The position numbers were made by a program, and so were the translations under genes. A model generated the notes under the pieces. The model was given only the letters and a program-made list of their open reading frames with translations. It had not been told where the DNA came from and searched no databases. From a virus: a stretch of 64,000 nt of DNA. Within the stretch, counting starts at the first letter, position 1, and each line of letters starts with the position of its first letter. The stretch spans positions 1-64,000 of the IMG/VR virus record IMGVR_UViG_3300042922_000250. One strand, given 5' to 3'. Positions 57,736-64,000 of the stretch are shown here, piece after piece.

Positions 57736-57957
57736 TTATTTTCTTTTCCCCGGCGCATTGTCCTTCGCTCTTGCGTCATCAATCGCTTGGTCCTGAATAT
57801 CAGCCTGCATGTCTAAAATTGCATTTAGCTTTTGTAGGTCAACCAATGTTATATCCCCGGACTTCACCGCCTCCAAGCGGCACTGCTTTGCCGCTATCGG
57901 CTTCCATATGATAAGCTGTTCGGCCACGTCTTGCCGGAGCGTACCGGGGATGTTCAC
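57736..57957 (-). CDS. Tail assembly chaperone, frameshift extension
   Basis: -1 frame is open from the slippery site. Confidence 0.7.
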   Translation of the reverse strand: MNIPGTLRQDVAEQLIIWKPIAAKQCRLEAVKSGDITLVDLQKLNAILDMQADIQDQAIDDARAKDNAPGKRK

Positions 57958-57995
57958 CGACTTATCCTTCCGTTTGCTAACCCAAATTGGATTAG

Positions 57996-58460
57996 CTAGG
58001 TTATAAAAAAATCGCTGTAGTTCACCCGTAGCACTTGCCAGGCCAGTTCAAACATGCCTTTTAGTTTGCCGTTGTAGATTGCCGCCAGCGCGGCCCTATC
58101 AAGCTTTTTGACCTTATCCCGGTCTCCATAAGGACCATAACTAATATAGTCGCCGTTGAGGATACGAGTAAGCAGGTCATTCAGTTTCGCGCCGCTAACA
58201 GCCGCAGACAGTTGTTTTAATGCGTTTTCAACGTCCAGTTCCTTGCTCAGGAGCTTAGACAGAGTAACGGCTTCTTTCTGAGTTGGCAGTTCCTCCCCGG
58301 GCTCATCGCCTGCGGCGCCAAGGTTCGTTTTCCCAAGCGCAGCCCCTAATGCAGGCAGAACCGTCTTTTGCAGATCGCCCAACAAATCAAGTGATTTGAA
58401 AGGGTCCATAGGGCGAAGGTAAAACGTATATTCGCCCTGATTAAATTCCGTGATATCCAT
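57996..58460 (-). CDS. Tail assembly chaperone
   Basis: Between tube and tape measure; ends at T TTT TTT. Confidence 0.8.
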   Translation of the reverse strand: MDITEFNQGEYTFYLRPMDPFKSLDLLGDLQKTVLPALGAALGKTNLGAAGDEPGEELPTQKEAVTLSKLLSKELDVENALKQLSAAVSGAKLNDLLTRILNGDYISYGPYGDRDKVKKLDRAALAAIYNGKLKGMFELAWQVLRVNYSDFFIT

Positions 58461-58885
58461 TAATCATGCCCTCCTACAAACAAAGTGCCGTCAGCGGTAT
58501 TCAGAACCCATTCCGTATTTCCTCCGCTGGCGTCGTTGGTCCGGTTTACCTCCGGATGCTTGGTGATCCACGCCTGCGAGGCGAAAAACGTCGTTCGGCC
58601 CGACAGGTCTTTTACCAGGAGGGGGAGGATTCCATCTCCCTTGCTCCTGTCTCGGGCGTGAATAATTGACAATTCATCATTGCTGGAACTTGATTGTTGC
58701 AGTGGAATCGTGACCTCGTGCCGCCGGTCTGGAGACAAGGTTCTGACGACCTGCCCGTCGCAGCCGACGACGGATGTGATCCCGTCACCCATCGGCGATA
58801 TAGTGATTATGCTGTCTTCGGAGAATCCGTGAATATTCAAGCCGCCAAGGGAAACAAGAACCTTTTTCGGATCATATGTCGGCAT
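58460..58885 (-). CDS. Tail tube protein (DUF3277-like)
   Basis: TYDPKKV, LQQSSSSN. Confidence 0.8.
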   Translation of the reverse strand: MPTYDPKKVLVSLGGLNIHGFSEDSIITISPMGDGITSVVGCDGQVVRTLSPDRRHEVTIPLQQSSSSNDELSIIHARDRSKGDGILPLLVKDLSGRTTFFASQAWITKHPEVNRTNDASGGNTEWVLNTADGTLFVGGHD

Positions 58886-58899
58886 CCTTTACACCCCCT

Positions 58900-59970
58900 C
58901 TAAAATTCATAGGTCAGACTACCGGTAATTTCAGCAACGTGGATTGCTCCGGCCAGACGCGCAGAAAACGTCATATCCTCCAGGATACGGCTTGCTTTGG
59001 TGTTTGCGCTGATGTTAGCAGCCAATGGTACGCTAATGACATAGCCAGGAATTTCGTTGTCGTCTTCGTCGTATTCCGTCGGCGCGATTCCACCGCGGCG
59101 CTGTCCGAGTTCCAAGGCTTCGGCCATTTTTGCTTCAATGGTGGCAATACCATCATCTGTATATGGCACCTTGTCGCGGTTGATCAACAGGTTAAAAATA
59201 TTGACTTGCATTTCTTCTTGCAACCAATCGCGGAAGCGGATAACGTCAATCCATTCGCCAGCGGCAACCTTGCCGGTCTGAGTAATTGAAACGCTGTCCC
59301 TAAACGATTCGAAGGTATTGCAGTTCTTGGCTTTGGCGGCCAGGAATTGAGTCTCAGTCAGGCGGTCGGTAGTGACTCCGGCCAGTTTCTTGTTTGCCCA
59401 AGTTTCTCCGCCAGGCAATACCGCAAAGCACCGAGCCATGCAAGCCAGTTCCGGAAAGTCTGTCGCGGCGTCAGCGTGGTAAAAACTAAATGTCCGGTAG
59501 TAGTTGCTTTCTTTTAGCAGGTACGGCGTGTCCGTGGTAGACGCTGCGGAAACGGCTCCTGCTTCTGATACAGCAGTCCCAAACAGTTTTCCCTCGGCTT
59601 CGGCCCAAGCGGCCACTGCAAGGATATCGGCAGACGTGCGGCTGGTAAGCCCCAAACCATACCACTGATTATCTTCTTGAACGATTGCTGCCAGCGCAGC
59701 AGCCCAAGAAGCGTCGGCCGCTTTCTTTTGTCCTATCTTTACATAGCGCGGGCGCGGCGTCTGGCTTAGCGCATCGCGCACGGCCAAATAAGCGGCGTCA
59801 GTATCTGTAAATCCGTCGTCCAGCATCGCACTGGCAGACGTATACGTTACCACACGGCTTGATTCAACGACTTCCGGGCAAAGAATCAGGATCGTGTTAA
59901 AATCCTTTTTGTTAATGCCAGTTGTCTGCAAACTAATTTGCACGTTGGCAATTCTGGTTATATCGGCCAT
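58900..59970 (-). CDS. Tail sheath protein (DUF3383-like)
   Basis: GEWIDVIRFRDWL, KVPYTDDG, LAGAIH. Confidence 0.88.
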   Translation of the reverse strand: MADITRIANVQISLQTTGINKKDFNTILILCPEVVESSRVVTYTSASAMLDDGFTDTDAAYLAVRDALSQTPRPRYVKIGQKKAADASWAAALAAIVQEDNQWYGLGLTSRTSADILAVAAWAEAEGKLFGTAVSEAGAVSAASTTDTPYLLKESNYYRTFSFYHADAATDFPELACMARCFAVLPGGETWANKKLAGVTTDRLTETQFLAAKAKNCNTFESFRDSVSITQTGKVAAGEWIDVIRFRDWLQEEMQVNIFNLLINRDKVPYTDDGIATIEAKMAEALELGQRRGGIAPTEYDEDDNEIPGYVISVPLAANISANTKASRILEDMTFSARLAGAIHVAEITGSLTYEF

Positions 59971-60521
59971 TATTGCACCCCTTTCGTAGTAATGTTGACC
60001 TCGACCTCTGCCGGGTCTGTTTCGTGTATAGTTTGGTCCCGTTCGCCCAGTTCGCCAGTAACAATGACGGTAGTAATGTAGCCGGGTTCGTCTTCTATCG
60101 ACCTGCCGTACGTAACATACAGGTCAATATTTGCGCGTTCTTCCCAACTCCTGCCGTCAAGTAATGCGGTTAAGTCCTGCGGGGCTTCGGCGCGCGGGAA
60201 CGCAATGCTGGCAGCAAAACAGCGGTCTACAATCGTAGGCCGCTGCAACGCTGTCCAGAGCATATTTAATTTGTCGATTGTGCCGGTCCCGAAAGCATTC
60301 ACGGAAAGGGTAGCCTCTTTCTGGCTAACCACGTCAAGAATGCCGGAACCGTCTTTTCTGCGCCGGACCTCAGTCCCTGTTGTTCGCTCGGCCGACAGGC
60401 GCAGGCTGATATAGGGATTTGATGGTTTTGGCGCGTTTTGGTAATCCCATATACATTTCGTTCCGCCGGTTAACTCCCTGACAAGCGGTAATATAAAGGC
60501 TTTCGCCTCGGGATAGGTCAA
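59970..60521 (-). CDS. Tail terminator/neck protein
   Basis: Position; QNAPKP. Confidence 0.65.
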   Translation of the reverse strand: MTYPEAKAFILPLVRELTGGTKCIWDYQNAPKPSNPYISLRLSAERTTGTEVRRRKDGSGILDVVSQKEATLSVNAFGTGTIDKLNMLWTALQRPTIVDRCFAASIAFPRAEAPQDLTALLDGRSWEERANIDLYVTYGRSIEDEPGYITTVIVTGELGERDQTIHETDPAEVEVNITTKGVQ

Positions 60522-60880
60522 TTGGCCTTCACCTCCACGGCAAAAGACTTGTAATGTGAGATAACCCCCATTTGATGGGCATTACAGCCAACAACTTCCC
60601 ACGTTTTCCCTAACCAAGTGATGAGATCAGCATTTCTGCCAGTGTCTCCTTCAGTTTCTGCCTGTTCAGCAGGGAAAAGCTCGGCGCTAGAGTAAATCTT
60701 CACAGACTTACTCGTCCTGCGTCCCTCTGGAAGAGATTCCATTTCGTCAACTGCAAGCGGCTGAATACTCATTGGTATGGTTAACATGAGCGGGGCTCCA
60801 GGAACCCAATTACCGTCATCTCCATAATCCCCTTCAGTGTTTGCCCTGGTTACTGGTATAGGTTTTCTAAAGCTGCTCAT
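60518..60880 (-). CDS. Head closure protein
   Basis: SIQP...LPEG.R. Confidence 0.65.
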   Translation of the reverse strand: MSSFRKPIPVTRANTEGDYGDDGNWVPGAPLMLTIPMSIQPLAVDEMESLPEGRRTSKSVKIYSSAELFPAEQAETEGDTGRNADLITWLGKTWEVVGCNAHQMGVISHYKSFAVEVKAN

Positions 60881-61488
60881 TGGTTCACCTTCCCGCTGCC
60901 GCGCTTGCGGACTACATAACGGATTGATTGACGCATGCGGCCAGAGTCGATAAGGGGGCGAGAACTTTTCTTTTTGCGAATCGTACTGGGGGCATTAGCG
61001 GTAAAAGGGCCGTCAACAATTTTGCGCTGGATATCTCCCTGCATTACGTTGCCGAGCATATCCATGGCCCCCTGCGCCGTAGTCTTACCGTCGACTATTT
61101 GCCCGACTTGTCCCCAAGCTGCCGTTTTCCAAACACCTGTTTTCTCATCGAAAGTATCTCTCATGAATCGGCGCTCAGGGATAGTAACTGAATGAGCACC
61201 AACAGACACATCGCGGGCAAAGTTAGACCGCTTGGCTTTTACGAACCTTCCACCTCGCAGGAATTTGCCCTTTGAACTAATCTTATGAAAGACGGTCTGT
61301 GTTCTAGCTTCACGGTCAATTACGGCACCAAACTCATGTATTGCCCCCAACTCAGCCATATCCATAGTTCCATCCTTGGTCTTTTTGCCCGCCTGCAGCC
61401 CGACAGCAATCTCCTTGCCCTTTAGCTCGGCTAACCCCTGCATGATCCGGCTGAATCCCCGGTCAATATCCCTGATTGCCTTTGCCAC
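60877..61488 (-). CDS. Neck/virion morphogenesis protein
   Basis: HEFG, IPERRF, NAPST, PLIDSG. Confidence 0.75.
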   Translation of the reverse strand: MAKAIRDIDRGFSRIMQGLAELKGKEIAVGLQAGKKTKDGTMDMAELGAIHEFGAVIDREARTQTVFHKISSKGKFLRGGRFVKAKRSNFARDVSVGAHSVTIPERRFMRDTFDEKTGVWKTAAWGQVGQIVDGKTTAQGAMDMLGNVMQGDIQRKIVDGPFTANAPSTIRKKKSSRPLIDSGRMRQSIRYVVRKRGSGKVNQ

Positions 61489-61492
61489 GCCA

Positions 61493-61879
61493 TCACCCCA
61501 TCCTCGTTAGAATCGGTGTGATAACCATCCGGCAGATACGCTTGTATTCCAGGCCGTAGGCGGTGCGCTCCAAGTTATCGGTAAAACTGCCGCTATTGGA
61601 GTTATTGCCGTTATCGGAGTAGCTGCGGGATAGGTCGCCCTCTTTCTCAGCTGTCACCCTGCCGCCAGTAGCCGCGCCGCTATTACTGCCAGATTCGGCG
61701 ATGGTCGCCTGCCACGAAAGCCAGTGAGCAACAAGGTAAGCATGCGCCATAGGGTACAGCTTACCAAATTTGCTCTCGCTGATCATTGGCGCAGTTAATT
61801 CGATCAGCGCCGTTACAGTTTCGTCAGTCGTTGCTGTATACTCAGGGGCTACAATGCGGAATGCCTGTAGCACTGTCAT
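61493..61879 (-). CDS. Head-tail adaptor (DUF4054-like)
   Basis: YLVAH, EKEGDLSRSY, TAYG. Confidence 0.78.
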   Translation of the reverse strand: MTVLQAFRIVAPEYTATTDETVTALIELTAPMISESKFGKLYPMAHAYLVAHWLSWQATIAESGSNSGAATGGRVTAEKEGDLSRSYSDNGNNSNSGSFTDNLERTAYGLEYKRICRMVITPILTRMG

Positions 61880-61881
61880 GG

Positions 61882-62091
61882 CTATTCACTCGCTTTTTTA
61901 CTGGCTTTGGCAGCACTTGCCGTAGTTTCAGTAATTTCGGTCAGAGCCAGCTTGCCAGCAGAAATATAGGCGGCAATCATCGGATGTGCAGCCTCTTCTG
62001 CGGTAACTTCAATTGCCTCGGCGCCGGGAATGAAGTTTTTCGCCCCAAGGCAGATAACGCCTTTGCTAGTGTTGGTGATGAACTTAGCCAT
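61882..62091 (-). CDS. Small virion-associated hypothetical protein
   Basis: Follows capsid gene. Confidence 0.6.
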   Translation of the reverse strand: MAKFITNTSKGVICLGAKNFIPGAEAIEVTAEEAAHPMIAAYISAGKLALTEITETTASAAKASKKASE

Positions 62092-62092
62092 A

Positions 62093-63049
62093 TTAGCAGC
62101 CCTCCGCTTTCATGAGAGATAACGGGAAATAGATGATCACGCCGCCATTCCGGGAGTGGCATGGAACAACGTACTCCAAACCTTCCATTTGCACCGGAAA
62201 CTGTTCGAACGGTTGCGGGATCTCAAGGGTCAGTTTGTCTGGCGATTTCTTGTAGATCATGCAGATATCAGTCCCGCCTGTGCCGACGCCAACAAACTCT
62301 GGAACGACCTGAACACTCTTGATATACGGATTGTTTGCCAAAAAGAAGGCCAGGATAGTAACCTGCGTATCGCCTACACGCCGACTGGTCAAGTCAGAGT
62401 GGGTCGTGTGACCAAGCAGGAGAGTGTCCGGCCTTTCTATGTTCTTGGTTAATTCCAACATCTTAGTAACCATGCCATTCAGATCACGCAATACTTGATC
62501 AGCGGTCTTGTCCTTAAACTTAGTGCTAGTGCCAGTTCCGTCCGCAGGCAATGTGTAAGCCGGAATATTTGGATGAGTCAACAGTCCGACAAGGCCATGT
62601 TCTTCGTCGCCGAAAAAAGCAATGTCGTTGACCTGCTGGTCATTGGCGCGGCGCGCGGCGCTGGCTTTGCGTTGTTCAAGCGGTTTGCCCGCCATCCGTG
62701 CGCCCCGGATATCCTGGATCGAATAGCCGTAGCTAACGCCAATGGACTTCACGTCAGAGGTGAATTTCTTGCCGACCAGATCCACGCGCGGCAAGTCGGT
62801 TGAATAGTTGGCAATAATTTTCGCTTGCCCGACTTCGCCGTACTGGTGGTAGGTAATGGTTTCAGCACCGGCGCCTGCAGAGCTATCAACCGGGATAATC
62901 CCAAGTGCGGACAGTTCAGCCAATACAATGTCATATGTCCGGGCCTTTACACTCTCCAATTCCTGGGCAAAGAAAATGCTCTCGTTGGCGTCAAGCCGCT
63001 GAGAGCTTTCAATTGCATATAAATCTCTTTCGTCGTAACGTTTTTCCAT
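62093..63049 (-). CDS. Major capsid protein (DUF2184 family)
   Basis: DLPRVD, GLLTHPN, GGVIIYFP. Confidence 0.88.
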   Translation of the reverse strand: MEKRYDERDLYAIESSQRLDANESIFFAQELESVKARTYDIVLAELSALGIIPVDSSAGAGAETITYHQYGEVGQAKIIANYSTDLPRVDLVGKKFTSDVKSIGVSYGYSIQDIRGARMAGKPLEQRKASAARRANDQQVNDIAFFGDEEHGLVGLLTHPNIPAYTLPADGTGTSTKFKDKTADQVLRDLNGMVTKMLELTKNIERPDTLLLGHTTHSDLTSRRVGDTQVTILAFFLANNPYIKSVQVVPEFVGVGTGGTDICMIYKKSPDKLTLEIPQPFEQFPVQMEGLEYVVPCHSRNGGVIIYFPLSLMKAEGC

Positions 63050-63065
63050 TCGTGCAATCGCCTCC

Positions 63066-63527
63066 TTAATTTAGTTCCACTACGGCCAACCCGGCCCCAG
63101 TGGTTGAAGTGATAAATTTAGCGCCGGTAATTGCAGACGCCAGCGGACCAGCACCAGCCGCAGCAGCCCATTTGCCTTTGTTTGCACCGGAGAATACCAG
63201 GAAAGCGCCGTTGCCGGCAGTAACCGCCTCAGTGACAGGAACCCACGCCCGGCCTTTGTTTAGGACCGGAACTGTCTGCTCATCCTTATAGATTACATTG
63301 CCGTCTGCGTCCTGCTCTTTTGCCTGCAGCATCGCAATCCCAGCTACTACAGCAGTAGTTGCAGCAGCAAGCTTTACCTGCTTTTCTTTATTTGTTCCAA
63401 GGATAACGCCCATTCCCGGGTAAATGTCATCTGTTTCAACAGCATAGGCATCCACACGACGAAAAGAAATATCGTACTGCGTACCGGCAAGCCCAACGGG
63501 CATTTTCTGATTATAGGTCAGTTGCAT
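63066..63527 (-). CDS. Capsid cement/decoration protein
   Basis: Precedes capsid; Ala/Gly-rich. Confidence 0.7.
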   Translation of the reverse strand: MQLTYNQKMPVGLAGTQYDISFRRVDAYAVETDDIYPGMGVILGTNKEKQVKLAAATTAVVAGIAMLQAKEQDADGNVIYKDEQTVPVLNKGRAWVPVTEAVTAGNGAFLVFSGANKGKWAAAAGAGPLASAITGAKFITSTTGAGLAVVELN

Positions 63528-63529
63528 TA

Positions 63530-64000
63530 TTATTTACCCCCTTTGTCTTCGCCCTTATAGGCGTTTTGTTGGCGCTCAATCATTTTCTGGCGGCGACCTT
63601 CGGCAGAATCTTCCTCTGCGTCGGCTCGTTTGCTGACCTGATACAGTTTCTTGCGCTGCTCGGCCATGCTATCGGTCCGTTTTTCGGCTTTCGCTAGGTC
63701 AAAGGCGGCGTTGATATAGTCGTCAGATTTGCCGGCAGGGTCGAATGAATCACCGTGAACAGCCTTAATAACGGCTAGTTTGATATCCTTGTCAGTTAGC
63801 TCGTCGGCTTTGTCGATACGGAAAGTACCGGCAACCTGCAGCAGATCGACGCGAGTCTTTACCGCGGCGTTAATGCTGTCAGCAGCATCCTTGCGGACCT
63901 TTTCCAGTTCTCCCGGGTGAGCATCGACCTTTACTCTCAAGGTGTCGCGTTCGGCTGTCACGGAGTCAAGCCGCTTCTGAGTATCCTTGCCTGTAGTTTC
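63530..64000 (-). CDS. Prohead protease/scaffold (DUF2213-like), C-terminal part
   Basis: KSDDYINAAFD; truncated by window edge. Confidence 0.7.
   Translation of the reverse strand, partial: ETTGKDTQKRLDSVTAERDTLRVKVDAHPGELEKVRKDAADSINAAVKTRVDLLQVAGTFRIDKADELTDKDIKLAVIKAVHGDSFDPAGKSDDYINAAFDLAKAEKRTDSMAEQRKKLYQVSKRADAEEDSAEGRRQKMIERQQNAYKGEDKGGK

Larger units (their letters stand above)
41366..64000. mobile_element. Second phage (myovirus-type), partial: accessory end, lysis, baseplate, sheath, head
   Basis: Baseplate J, spike, tape measure, tube, sheath and capsid genes in canonical order on the minus strand; left boundary approximate. Confidence 0.85.

Noticed and set aside
62093-63049. 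Encapsulin nanocompartment
   Set aside because: Sits in a full phage head-tail operon, so it is the major capsid protein.

Overview
The window is entirely phage DNA from a low-GC Firmicute host. A diderm Negativicutes host is my inference from the spanin-like lysis genes. (1) 1..~41365 is an apparently complete ~41.4 kb temperate podovirus-type genome. It has a leftward early/replication module, cI/cro, a tyrosine integrase followed by an attP-like site, lysis genes, ejection proteins (one with a C-terminal Hint domain), tail, N4-gp56-type capsid, P22-like portal and terminase. It is bracketed by a near-identical direct repeat (1..181 = 41366..41546). (2) ~41366..64000 is the accessory end, lysis cassette and contractile-tail/head module of an unrelated myovirus-type phage. 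The most striking signal is two plus-strand arrays of tiny genes (1..1772 and 41137..42364). Their cargo is unrelated, but their intergenic spacers are the same, in the same order, and resemble twister ribozyme sequence, suggesting a cassette-swapping scaffold. Other highlights: a doubly coded spanin-like gene pair in both phages, a dif-like site between terS and terL, a stand-alone integrase arm-binding protein, and acr-aca-like operons. All calls are by eye; no searches were run.
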